A stretch of 64,000 bases of DNA, from the IMG/VR virus record IMGVR_UViG_3300021425_003324, positions 22,417-86,416 of that record, one strand, 5' to 3'. The stretch comes from a virus. Lineage: Duplodnaviria > Caudoviricetes. Within the stretch, counting starts at the first letter, position 1. Every line of letters starts with the position of its first letter. The position numbers and the translations under genes were made by a program. Below, piece by piece: positions 18,881 through 28,195 of the stretch. The notes beneath the pieces are model-generated. The model made no database searches. It was not told the DNA's origin and saw nothing but the letters and a program-made list of their open reading frames with translations.

Positions 18881-21800
18881 TTATAAACCTGAAATTTCGC
18901 CAGTATTTTTAATCCTTAAAGGAATATATATAAATTCTAAAGCTTTTACGGGTTCGATTGCTATATCAATGTGCAACTCACCTCGGTCAATTCTAGCAGG
19001 TGTATTATTACTAGTATCACAAACAATTAAGTAATCATATATACCTCTAAGCGCAACAAGTTCTATAAAGATAGTTTCAATAATCGCTTTAACTTCATCT
19101 CTTGTTTGTTGATCATTTGGCTCAAATAGATAAGGTTTAGTTGCAATTTTTAGCACTCCTCTTAAATATATGATTAACCTAGCAACATTTATTCTATCTA
19201 AAGCACTTGCAGTTAATTGTCTAGTTTTTTGGCCATAAGTAATAAGCCCCGCTCCAGTTACAAATGTTATCGGATTAATGTTATTTGTATACAATATGTC
19301 TCGTAAACCTTCATTAAGTGCAATTGCCTTAAACTCACCTTCATCAGTTATGTAACCTGTTGAGCTAGCGTTTGTTATTGTTCCTCGTCTTACACCAGCA
19401 GGTGCAAACCACGGATAAGATACTTGATCGCTAAGGGCTATGGTGCGCAACATCATATGACTAGGAGGTACAACAACATTATTTCCGAAATTGTCACTTG
19501 TAAATCCACTTGGGTAGTACATTCCAACGTATGGATCAGCAGTTACAACTCCGTTTATGTTGTCTTCTAATGCTAAATTTACATTTGTAGCCCAATTATT
19601 TAACACAGTACCATTAGGTTGTAATCTAAACGGTGTATCAGCAATTATAAATGCGGACAAATTTCTATCATAGTTTAGTGACACTAATTCATTAGTAAGC
19701 TCAGGATAACCTGGACAACTTAATAAATTAAATAATCTAGATTCATCGTCTCTTATATCTTGGTTGCTGTTAACTTCAGCTTGTAATCTTTGGACAACTA
19801 CTTTTCTTTGAGCATGGCGACCAAAAGTTCCTGATCCGTCCTCTTGATTTCCTGACTCTGTTGTCCATCTAGCAGGAGCATAGTTACTCATTGATTCATC
19901 ATTATATCTAATATTTTTTTCTGCAGTATCAATATAAGATTTTTGATATTTTTTCACATTAAATCCGCTACGTCTTGTGTTAACCAATAACATTCCTTTT
20001 GGATATAATGCCGGATCTGGACTGTCTGGATCAACAAAATCACTTGATAATAAATCTTTTATATCTCCTGGTTCGTCGCTATTGCTCCCTGCAGTATTAT
20101 ATCTTGCGTCAGCAAATAATACACCTTCTTCAGTTGTTTGATCTGAAGTGTCTAATTCAAACCATCTTTTTACCAAAGGTAGATCTGTTCTTGCTGCATT
20201 AAATTTATAAAGTTTAGGATAATTATCAATATCCGAAGTGTCAACCCAAAGGTCTCCAGTAACAAGTGCTGTATTGTCACTTTGTAACAATGGCATAGTT
20301 GCTGAAACAATAGGTCCTGCTGGATCTGTTTGCAAAGCAGTATCTACATTATAATAAGGACTTGCAGCACCTACAGCACCTCCGTTATACAATAGTCCTA
20401 CAAACTCAGAACCATTATGGACTAAGATATCTATTTCGTCTACAGTTGAGCTATACCATAGTTGCCCTTCTTCTGTATCTCCTAATGGTTGATCATCTGA
20501 TGCTACATAAGTTAGTACATTCCATAAGCTTGCTTGCAAATACATAGCATTACTGTAACCTTGTTGGTAATATAAATTTGGTGTACCATTAGCAGCATCA
20601 ACATAAACAGTAAATCCTGCTGATGCTAAAACACTGTCAGTATCTACAAATTTAATTTCTCCACCTAGCGCATGACTTATCACTACACGATTAGTATTAG
20701 TTACAGAAGCTGTAACATTAGGAACATTTGCATCGTTTATTGCACCAGCCAATAGTGTTGAATCTGTTGATAATCCGTTATATGTTGCAGTTACTGTAAT
20801 TATATCGCTATAATTAGCAGTTGCTTTTTCAGTTCCTTGGATAGTAAATGATTTTGAACCAGCTCCAATTGACCCATCTATTATAATACTGCCTGTAATC
20901 GTTGTAGGACCTGTGTCCATTCTTTTCATTAATTTATGTATAGCTGTTGGCAACGCTCCAGCTGATACATCGGTTTGCATATAGACGTCAGTCATTTGCA
21001 GATTTGACCCACCTCCTGCAATGTCTAAATTATACAATGCTTCGGCGTTTGATTTGTAAACATTTACTGTGTTTGTGTCCCATAATTTAACCGCATCATT
21101 CCAAGTTTTTAAATCTATTTTAATTCCTTGATTAGGTTCTGTTATTTTGATCCATACACTACCGGAAGGACGAGGTTGCGTAGCGGAAAGTTTATAATCT
21201 GGAATATCTGTATGCTTAGAAATTTGCAGTTTAGGCGGATAATAAGTGCCATCTGTAAAACCAATATCTGATTCCGGATCTATGTCAGCAGATGCAGTAC
21301 TTGCTATTGCCATGGTCGTCCATTCTTGGTTATTCCAATAGCTATTAACATAAATTTCTAATTTACCGTTTACAGCAGCAGCCGATACAACTGGAGTTAA
21401 TGAAAAAACGGTGTTAATGGTGTCAGCAACGTCTGAAGCTGTATCCCCACTAGTAACATTAATAACCTGCGGGTCTCCTGATAATGCATGACCCTCTGCA
21501 CTTATAACAGTAATAGTAAATGATGCTGCCTGGACTCCTGATATTGTAAATACTTCGCTACCTTGTAGTGTAGGCCAGCTTTTACTCCATGCTCCACTTC
21601 CTACTAGTACCCATGTTCCTGTATTATTCCTATAAAATGTTTTATTTAGTGTAGAGGTTGCAACAACAGCATATGAGCCCACGTTGCCAACACTTTTAGA
21701 AGGTATTACGCCTGAGAACCCGTTTGTTTCAACAGATCCTGTATTTGAAGTTAAAGAATCGTCAGTAATAACGATTGCTTTTTTGTATGTAAAATTTTGT

Positions 21801-22273
21801 CCTCCATTTAATATACTAGCTCCGTTCCATTCTTGCACACCCCAAATTGTAGTACTAGTGTCCAGCCAATAAGCACCATCGGTTGGATCAGATCCAGGTG
21901 CTGTAGAACTTGCCTCAATCTGATTTAGATCAATGTCTGCTCTTACTACCCATGCGCTGTTGGCTATTCCTAGATATGAATATGCTGCTTGCAGCCCATA
22001 TTCGTTTAATTCGCTTGCATGTATCGGGTTGTTGTTGGCATCAATTTGGAATATCGGATCTCCAAATGTGTCAACTAAATCTCGTTGTGATGTAATCAAA
22101 TAAGGTATTCCTGCATTTGCATTTAATGTTCCTCTTGCAATTCCTGTACCTGCACCATTAGGCTTGTTACTTGCCGTTGCAATAAACAGTGCCGGAACTG
22201 TTCCTTGTTGTGCTGGTATATAAAAACTCTCGTCAACAACTTTTACTTCTACTCCTGGTGATACTAGTGCCAT
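18881..22273 (-). CDS. Tail sheath protein, T4 gp18-like, with a large central insertion
   Basis: LVSPGVEV start, PWFAPAGVRRG, INPI, SALDRINVARL, LFEPND, IEPVKALEFIYI. Confidence 0.96.
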   Translation of the reverse strand: MALVSPGVEVKVVDESFYIPAQQGTVPALFIATASNKPNGAGTGIARGTLNANAGIPYLITSQRDLVDTFGDPIFQIDANNNPIHASELNEYGLQAAYSYLGIANSAWVVRADIDLNQIEASSTAPGSDPTDGAYWLDTSTTIWGVQEWNGASILNGGQNFTYKKAIVITDDSLTSNTGSVETNGFSGVIPSKSVGNVGSYAVVATSTLNKTFYRNNTGTWVLVGSGAWSKSWPTLQGSEVFTISGVQAASFTITVISAEGHALSGDPQVINVTSGDTASDVADTINTVFSLTPVVSAAAVNGKLEIYVNSYWNNQEWTTMAIASTASADIDPESDIGFTDGTYYPPKLQISKHTDIPDYKLSATQPRPSGSVWIKITEPNQGIKIDLKTWNDAVKLWDTNTVNVYKSNAEALYNLDIAGGGSNLQMTDVYMQTDVSAGALPTAIHKLMKRMDTGPTTITGSIIIDGSIGAGSKSFTIQGTEKATANYSDIITVTATYNGLSTDSTLLAGAINDANVPNVTASVTNTNRVVISHALGGEIKFVDTDSVLASAGFTVYVDAANGTPNLYYQQGYSNAMYLQASLWNVLTYVASDDQPLGDTEEGQLWYSSTVDEIDILVHNGSEFVGLLYNGGAVGAASPYYNVDTALQTDPAGPIVSATMPLLQSDNTALVTGDLWVDTSDIDNYPKLYKFNAARTDLPLVKRWFELDTSDQTTEEGVLFADARYNTAGSNSDEPGDIKDLLSSDFVDPDSPDPALYPKGMLLVNTRRSGFNVKKYQKSYIDTAEKNIRYNDESMSNYAPARWTTESGNQEDGSGTFGRHAQRKVVVQRLQAEVNSNQDIRDDESRLFNLLSCPGYPELTNELVSLNYDRNLSAFIIADTPFRLQPNGTVLNNWATNVNLALEDNINGVVTADPYVGMYYPSGFTSDNFGNNVVVPPSHMMLRTIALSDQVSYPWFAPAGVRRGTITNASSTGYITDEGEFKAIALNEGLRDILYTNNINPITFVTGAGLITYGQKTRQLTASALDRINVARLIIYLRGVLKIATKPYLFEPNDQQTRDEVKAIIETIFIELVALRGIYDYLIVCDTSNNTPARIDRGELHIDIAIEPVKALEFIYIPLRIKNTGEISGL

Positions 22274-22306
22274 GTTATTCTCCTATTAGGCTAATTCTAT
22301 TAATAG

Positions 22307-22314
22307 TATTTAGT
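22307..22314 (-). promoter_or_regulatory. Late-type promoter ACTAAATA for the sheath gene
   Basis: tatttagt on +, 33 nt before ATG 22273, which has an AGGAG SD. Confidence 0.5.
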
Positions 22315-22370
22315 TGGATTTAAGAAAAATTGAGTTGGATAACCAGTATAAAAAGGTATACAAAAGGTAT

Positions 22371-22378
22371 GGTAAATA
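22371..22378 (+). promoter_or_regulatory. Late-type promoter GGTAAATA, 4 nt before ATG 22383
   Basis: GGTAAATA-ttat-ATG. Confidence 0.55.
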
Positions 22379-22382
22379 TTAT

Positions 22383-22721
22383 ATGAGACCTTTATGTATT
22401 TGTGGTTTTAGACCTGCAGCAATCAACTATAAAAAAAATAATAAAATATATTATAGGAAGAAATGCGATACTTGCTTGAAATCATCAAGTCTAGGCGTAG
22501 GAATACCTAAGTGGAAATTTAGCGGATACACAAAAAAAAATTTTTGTGAAAAATGTAAATTTACTAGTCCGTATCCAGAACAATTTAATGTCTATCATAT
22601 AGATGGAAATTTACAAAATTGTAGATTTTCTAACTTAAAAACAATTTGTGCAAATTGTCAACGTATTTTACACAAAGAAGGAGTAAAATGGAAGCAAGGA
22701 GATTTAATACCAGATTTCTAG
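22383..22721 (+). CDS. Zinc-binding HNH-like protein
   Basis: Start moved from 22314 to the in-frame ATG 22383 (MRPLCICG); CxC, CxxC, CxxC, HIDGN..N...NL.TICANC. Confidence 0.8.
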   Translation: MRPLCICGFRPAAINYKKNNKIYYRKKCDTCLKSSSLGVGIPKWKFSGYTKKNFCEKCKFTSPYPEQFNVYHIDGNLQNCRFSNLKTICANCQRILHKEGVKWKQGDLIPDF

Positions 22722-23476
22722 CCTATAATAAATCCATATCCTGTACCGCCTGCAACTGCTGTAGAAATTTCTTGTTCTAATTTTTCCATTTCTGCTTGTG
22801 CTTCGGCTTTTAATGCATCACCATTCAGTTGTCCACCGCCTTGTGGTCCGGCTATTGTAGCAAATTTAGATCGTGCTTCGCCAAGCATCATTTTACACAT
22901 TGCTAAAGCATAGTCTTTTATCCAAACATTACCCATATAATCACTTAATAATTGATCGTCTGGTCTGTAGTTATAACACTCTAGTAATAACGTTTCTTCT
23001 GCTCTAGGTCGTTGTAGTATTGTTAAGACATGACGTGTCCTATTCCAATTGAATTCTATAAAAGATCCAAACATCCTTCCTACAAGTTCTTGGAATTGAC
23101 TAAAAAAATCATAGGTTGCTAAACCGCCTAAATTAGAACTTGCAAGTAAATAGGTATTTGTATATGCTAAGTTAAATGGCTCAAATATACTACCACCGTC
23201 ACCGCCGCCTGTTCTAGATCCTATACTTCGTCTAAATATGCGTCTTACCTCTAAAATTTCTTTTGGAAGTGTATAGGTGTTTTGATCTACAATAGTTGGC
23301 ATAAAAAAATAACTTTCTTCTGTACTATTTTCATTCCGTTGCCTATATCTTGATAAAGCTTTGTCTAATGCAGTTTCATAATGTACAGGGTCAAGTTCTA
23401 CATCTACCATTCCTCCACCTAACATGTTGTGAATGTAATCGTAAACTTCTTGTCTTAACGTAGCTATTTCAGTCAT
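22718..23476 (-). CDS. Neck protein, T4 gp13-like
   Basis: LGGGMVDVEL, WIKDYALA..K..LGEARSKF, PQGGGQLNG. Confidence 0.88.
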   Translation of the reverse strand: MTEIATLRQEVYDYIHNMLGGGMVDVELDPVHYETALDKALSRYRQRNENSTEESYFFMPTIVDQNTYTLPKEILEVRRIFRRSIGSRTGGGDGGSIFEPFNLAYTNTYLLASSNLGGLATYDFFSQFQELVGRMFGSFIEFNWNRTRHVLTILQRPRAEETLLLECYNYRPDDQLLSDYMGNVWIKDYALAMCKMMLGEARSKFATIAGPQGGGQLNGDALKAEAQAEMEKLEQEISTAVAGGTGYGFIIG

Positions 23477-23490
23477 ATTTTTAGGTCTCC

Positions 23491-23519
23491 TATTGTATTT
23501 ATCGACGATAAATACAATA
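23491..23519. promoter_or_regulatory. Perfect 14-bp inverted repeat forming back-to-back late promoters
   Basis: tattgtatttatcg-a-cgataaatacaata; GATAAATA at 23496-23503 (-) and 23507-23514 (+). Confidence 0.8.
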
Positions 23520-24685
23520 TGCCTAGAATATCTTTATACAAACCTACAAAAGGTAATGATTACAATTTTATAGATGCAAGAATTTTAGAAATGTTTACAG
23601 TTGGGGGGACCGATTTACATTTACACAAATATCTTGGTCCAAAAAATCCAAGCTTAGAAGAAAGTACAAATGATGTGCCGCATTACGATGCTGTAAGAGA
23701 AACAAATATACAAGATTTGTTATTTTTAGAAAATCGTGATAGAAAATACGATGAAAACATCTATAGAATTCGCGGTATTTATAATGTACAAGATATAGAT
23801 TTTAATCTAAGTCAATTTGGATTATTCCTTAGTAATGATACAATATTTTTAACAGTTCATATAAACAGTGTGGTAAAAACCATTGGTAGGAAAATTATGA
23901 GCGGAGATGTGATTGAATTACCACATATGAAAGATGAGTATGCTGCAAATGACTTTCAAATTGCTTTAAAAAGTTACTATGTTGTTGAAGAAATAAGTAG
24001 AGCAGCAGAAGGATATAGTCCTACATGGTATCCTCATCTATATAGATTAAAATGTAAACAAATTGTTGATAGTCAAGAATTTAAAGATATATTAGATCTT
24101 CCAATGGATGAAGAAGCTCCTGCAGCAGGTAGTTTGAGAGACTTGTTATCAACATATGAAACGGACATGCAAATAAACGACGCTGTTGTTGCTCAAGCAG
24201 AAGTTAATGCTAAATTGTCTGGATATGATGTATCGCATTTATTTACTGTTGCAAGGAAAGAAGACGGCAGTGTAAATATTGTTACTGCTGACATAACAAC
24301 ATTAGATGCAAGCACAATTAATGAATTAGCTGATCGTGTAATGCAAACCCCAGAAAGAAATGGATATATTGGATATTTAACTGGTGATGGTATACCACCA
24401 AATGGAGAATATTTCGGATATGGTATTGAATTTCCGGATGGAAGTATAGAAGGTGATTATTATTTACGTACAGATACAAAACCACAACGATTGTTTAGAT
24501 TTGATGGTTACCAGTGGAGAAAAATAGAAGATGTAAGTAGAATGACACTAAGTAATACAGATGATAGGCAAACGCACAGAACAAGTTTTGTGAATAATAC
24601 AAATCAGACAACAATAGGAGATGAGACATTTGATGAACGGCAAAGCCTCAGTCAAGCTTTACGTGCAAAACCTGATAATGTCTAA
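23519..24685 (+). CDS. Neck/head closure protein, T4 gp14-like
   Basis: LSQFGLFL..D, GDVIELP, LYRLKC; lies between gp13-like and gp15-like genes. Confidence 0.75.
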   Translation: MPRISLYKPTKGNDYNFIDARILEMFTVGGTDLHLHKYLGPKNPSLEESTNDVPHYDAVRETNIQDLLFLENRDRKYDENIYRIRGIYNVQDIDFNLSQFGLFLSNDTIFLTVHINSVVKTIGRKIMSGDVIELPHMKDEYAANDFQIALKSYYVVEEISRAAEGYSPTWYPHLYRLKCKQIVDSQEFKDILDLPMDEEAPAAGSLRDLLSTYETDMQINDAVVAQAEVNAKLSGYDVSHLFTVARKEDGSVNIVTADITTLDASTINELADRVMQTPERNGYIGYLTGDGIPPNGEYFGYGIEFPDGSIEGDYYLRTDTKPQRLFRFDGYQWRKIEDVSRMTLSNTDDRQTHRTSFVNNTNQTTIGDETFDERQSLSQALRAKPDNV

Positions 24686-24696
24686 GGATAGTAAGT

Positions 24697-26163
24697 ATGT
24701 TACATTTTTATGATGGTCAAATAAGAAGATATATTACACAGATTGTTAGGGTCTTTAGTAATTTTTCTCACAAAGATATAGATGGAAATATAAAGAAAAT
24801 TCCTGTAGTTTATGGAGATTTGGCTAGGCAAGTAGGAAGTATTCTAAAAGATAATTCAGAATTAAAAATTTTAAGTGTTCCTAAAATGTCTGTTTACATA
24901 ACGAACTTAGAAATGGATAGGCAAAGAACTGGTGACAGTACATTTGTTAGAAAAACAAATTTAGTCGAAAGAGAATACAATTCTATAACAAAAGAATACA
25001 ATAATAAAAAAGGCAAAGGCTATACTGTAGAAAAATTAATGCCAAGTCCCTACACGTTATCTGTGAATGTAGATATTTGGTCTAGTAATACAGATCAAAA
25101 ATTACAAATACTTGAACAAATTTTAATGCTGTTCAATCCTAGTTTAGAAATCCAAACTACAGATAATTTTATTGATTGGACAAGTTTATCTGTTCTAAAT
25201 TTAGATCAAATAAACTTTAGCAGTAGAAGTATAGGCGCTAGTACAGAAAGTGAAATAGATATTGCATCTTTAACATTGTCTACACCTATCTATATTTCTA
25301 TGCCTGTTAAGGTAAAAAAGCTTGGAATAATTCATCAAATAATCACAAGTATATTTAATGAGAGTGCAAATAATGTAGATTTAAATTTAACTATGCCTGA
25401 ATTATTAGCATATTCAGAAAATCGATTTAAGTCTGACGCAGTACATAAAATTGTTATAGATGAAAATGGAAATGAAATTGTAGAATATGGAGACCTAACT
25501 GCATCTAAGGACTTAGTTGATTCGGTTGTAGCAACTACTGTAGGGAATTTGGATTTACTTGTCCTTGGCACTACAATAAAATTATTAGATAAAACAAAAC
25601 CTAATAGTAGTTTTAGTTGGATAGAATATTTTTTAAATTATCCAGAACAATATGTAGATAATATTACGGAAATTAGGTTATATCAAACTGTATACGAAAA
25701 TGATATTATCGGTACCGTGTCGATAAATCCAAAAAATGCAGAAGAACTTTTTGTCGTGTGGGATATTGATTCTTTGCCAACAGATTCAATTATATCTGGT
25801 CCAACAGGTAATAAAACTAAAATAGATTTTATAATTGATCCTACAAAAACAAATCCAGAAAATCTAAAATTTGTTGGGTTACGATTAATACTTTTAGATA
25901 GTCCTTTAGGAGATTTAAATAATATTGACGGCCCCAACGGTTGGAAAAATAATGATAATTCAGATTTTTATGCTGATATTAATGATATAGTCGAATGGGA
26001 CGGAAGCAAATGGGTAATTGTTTTTGATGCAAGTGAGCATGTTGGAGATCCTGTTTACACTACAAACCTAAATACAAATGTCCAATACAAATTTATAAAC
26101 AACGCATGGGTATTGTCATACGAAGGTGAGTATCCAAATGGCAGTTGGCGTATCCAATTTTGA
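24697..26163 (+). CDS. Tail terminator/sheath stabiliser, T4 gp15-like, with C-terminal extension
   Basis: HFYDGQIRRYI..F..FSN, IPVVYG, PKMS, PSPYTL, QILEQIL..FNP. Confidence 0.85.
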   Translation: MLHFYDGQIRRYITQIVRVFSNFSHKDIDGNIKKIPVVYGDLARQVGSILKDNSELKILSVPKMSVYITNLEMDRQRTGDSTFVRKTNLVEREYNSITKEYNNKKGKGYTVEKLMPSPYTLSVNVDIWSSNTDQKLQILEQILMLFNPSLEIQTTDNFIDWTSLSVLNLDQINFSSRSIGASTESEIDIASLTLSTPIYISMPVKVKKLGIIHQIITSIFNESANNVDLNLTMPELLAYSENRFKSDAVHKIVIDENGNEIVEYGDLTASKDLVDSVVATTVGNLDLLVLGTTIKLLDKTKPNSSFSWIEYFLNYPEQYVDNITEIRLYQTVYENDIIGTVSINPKNAEELFVVWDIDSLPTDSIISGPTGNKTKIDFIIDPTKTNPENLKFVGLRLILLDSPLGDLNNIDGPNGWKNNDNSDFYADINDIVEWDGSKWVIVFDASEHVGDPVYTTNLNTNVQYKFINNAWVLSYEGEYPNGSWRIQF

Positions 26164-26171
26164 TATAACTA
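26164..26171 (+). promoter_or_regulatory. Late-type promoter variant TATAACTA, 4 nt before ATG 26176
   Basis: TATAACTA-ctgt-ATG; one mismatch to TATAAATA. Confidence 0.45.
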
Positions 26172-26175
26172 CTGT

Positions 26176-26628
26176 ATGAAGAAAATTGTTTGTAGTGGGG
26201 CATTATTATATGCAAAAAATAGCCAAAGATTTTTATTCCTCCATAGAGCACAAGGTAAGAATGGTAATTTATGGGGACTTGCAGGCGGAACTAATGAGGC
26301 TAGTGAAACACCGTGGACAGGGCTTGTTAGAGAAATAAAAGAAGAAATAGGCTGCATTGATATTATTAAATCTATACCTTTAGAAACATTTGTTAGTAAT
26401 GATGATTATTTTTTGTTCCATACATATTTGTGTATAGTTGAGAATGAATTTTTACCTATTTTAAATCAAGAACATGATGGATATGCTTGGGTAAAACTTT
26501 CTATGTGGCCAAAGCCTTTACATCCTGGGTTACGAAACACATTAAATACAAAAATTAATCAAGCAAAATTACAAACAGTAATAAATTTAATACAATTATT
26601 AGAAAAAAACAATGACGAACTCTGTTAA
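26176..26628 (+). CDS. Nudix hydrolase
   Basis: Nudix box WGLAGGTNEASETPWTGLVREIKEEIG; EHDGYAW. Confidence 0.92.
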   Translation: MKKIVCSGALLYAKNSQRFLFLHRAQGKNGNLWGLAGGTNEASETPWTGLVREIKEEIGCIDIIKSIPLETFVSNDDYFLFHTYLCIVENEFLPILNQEHDGYAWVKLSMWPKPLHPGLRNTLNTKINQAKLQTVINLIQLLEKNNDELC

Positions 26629-26968
26629 AAAAACTGCATGGGGGTATGAACTACATTGGGCAATGCAAAAAACTTACACTGGAAAAATTTTTGTTTTTGA
26701 TAAAATTAGTAATACAGATATGATTTTTCATAAGCATAAAAACAAAAGTTTTTTTGTAAATAGTGGTAAATTTAAAGTTAGATTTGTTGATTTATCAAAC
26801 GGAGATTTTAAAGAAACATCTTTAGACGAAGGCGGAACTATTGATATACCTGCATTCACACCGCATCAAATTTGTTGCACTACAAGCAATGGATCTATCA
26901 ACGAAGTAAGCGATAGTAATAACGAAGAAGATATTTACATATTATTACAAGAAAAATTTATTAAATAA
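26612..26968 (+). CDS. Cupin-fold protein
   Basis: KTAWGYE, FHKHKNKSFFVNSG, IPAFTPHQ, EVS; resembles MPI-type cupins with partly lost ligands. Confidence 0.75.
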   Translation: MTNSVKKTAWGYELHWAMQKTYTGKIFVFDKISNTDMIFHKHKNKSFFVNSGKFKVRFVDLSNGDFKETSLDEGGTIDIPAFTPHQICCTTSNGSINEVSDSNNEEDIYILLQEKFIK

Positions 26969-27234
26969 TGTTACCTATACTACTAAAAACTAATAGGATA
27001 ATCCAAGATTTAAATTTTTATAAAATAAAAATTAGACAAATAAAAAATGATAAAGCTAGAGATAAAGCTGATCTTTTGTTAAAAAAATTAAAAGAATATA
27101 TTGCTGATTTAGATCAAGCGCACAGAATTAGAACAGTAGGCGATTTACGACCAAATTTATTTACATATCATAGAGAACAAATTTATAAAACGAGGATGTC
27201 ATTAGATACTATAATTAAAGAAAATAACAAATGA
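26968..27234 (+). CDS. Hypothetical basic helical protein
   Basis: 88-aa ORF overlapping both neighbours. Confidence 0.65.
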   Translation: MLPILLKTNRIIQDLNFYKIKIRQIKNDKARDKADLLLKKLKEYIADLDQAHRIRTVGDLRPNLFTYHREQIYKTRMSLDTIIKENNK

Positions 27235-27566
27235 GTTTTCCGAGAGTTAGATGCAGTCATATTTTATTAAGTCATGCAGATGCTATTGAATCTACCCATT
27301 CAAGAGATCTAGCATATGCAGTCATAGATGCAAAACGTATTATCCATGACTTACAAACTGGTGGAATATCATGGGCTACTGCCGTTAAGGAAAATAGTGC
27401 GTGTAATCGAAGTTGGTATAAAGATGGTGATTTAGGTTGGTTTGATTTAACAGATGGCGTATGCGAGGAGCTTTATTTTGCTGTAAATGCAGCGCCAAAA
27501 GACATATTACTAGACGAGCCTATTCAAACACCATATGGTATCCATATTATCGTAAGGACAGGGTAA
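27231..27566 (+). CDS. Parvulin-type peptidyl-prolyl isomerase
   Basis: VRCSHILL, SAC..S...GDLGWF, PIQTPYGIHII. Confidence 0.9.
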   Translation: MSFPRVRCSHILLSHADAIESTHSRDLAYAVIDAKRIIHDLQTGGISWATAVKENSACNRSWYKDGDLGWFDLTDGVCEELYFAVNAAPKDILLDEPIQTPYGIHIIVRTG

Positions 27567-28195
27567 TGTCTTTTGCTGATAACGTTATAAGTGTTCCTTT
27601 TTTTTCTCAAGACGAATGTAAAGAAATAGCAGCTTGGGGTTATCAGTTAGAAAATAGTCTAATAGAGAATAATTTACAAGATTACAATAAAAGTCCTGAT
27701 ATCATTCAAAGTATTACTACTGCAAATTATCAACACTATAACTTTTTCTCTTTTTTTCCTGCTTTTGCTGACAGATTTGCTGATTGCCTAACCCAATTAA
27801 AAATTGAATTAGAATGGCCTATAATTTGTCAAAGTTGGATAAACATCTATAGAAAAAATCAAGGTATTGATTGGCATACCCATCTAGGAAGGATGGGCAG
27901 GAGCTTTTCAGCAAATATATTTATTGCTGGAAAAAATACTCCTACTGTGATTTACAAACCATTTAACACGAAATCTGTAAAAGCAGAAAATATAATAGGT
28001 CAACTTCACATATTTCCATGTGAATTGTTTCATATGGTTCCGAAAAATAAATCAGATACAGATAGAATCACCATTGGAATTACCTGTCATAGTTACATGG
28101 ATATTACACGGGATTCGTTAAATCAATGGGCATTTAATTCTCAAATGTATCAAGATTCTATCATCTTAACCAATAAACATTTTTTACCTAGTTAA
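27566..28195 (+). CDS. 2OG-Fe(II) oxygenase, HxH type (TIGR02466-like)
   Basis: Start reassigned to ATG 27566 (TAATG coupling); WINIY, WHTH, IFPC.LFHMV, RITIG. Confidence 0.8.
   Translation: MSFADNVISVPFFSQDECKEIAAWGYQLENSLIENNLQDYNKSPDIIQSITTANYQHYNFFSFFPAFADRFADCLTQLKIELEWPIICQSWINIYRKNQGIDWHTHLGRMGRSFSANIFIAGKNTPTVIYKPFNTKSVKAENIIGQLHIFPCELFHMVPKNKSDTDRITIGITCHSYMDITRDSLNQWAFNSQMYQDSIILTNKHFLPS

Noticed and set aside
22314-22382. ORF-track N-terminal extensions (also 27461-27565, 32022-32102, 54699-54767)
   Set aside because: They overlap neighbouring genes or promoters, and downstream in-frame ATGs have better initiation context.
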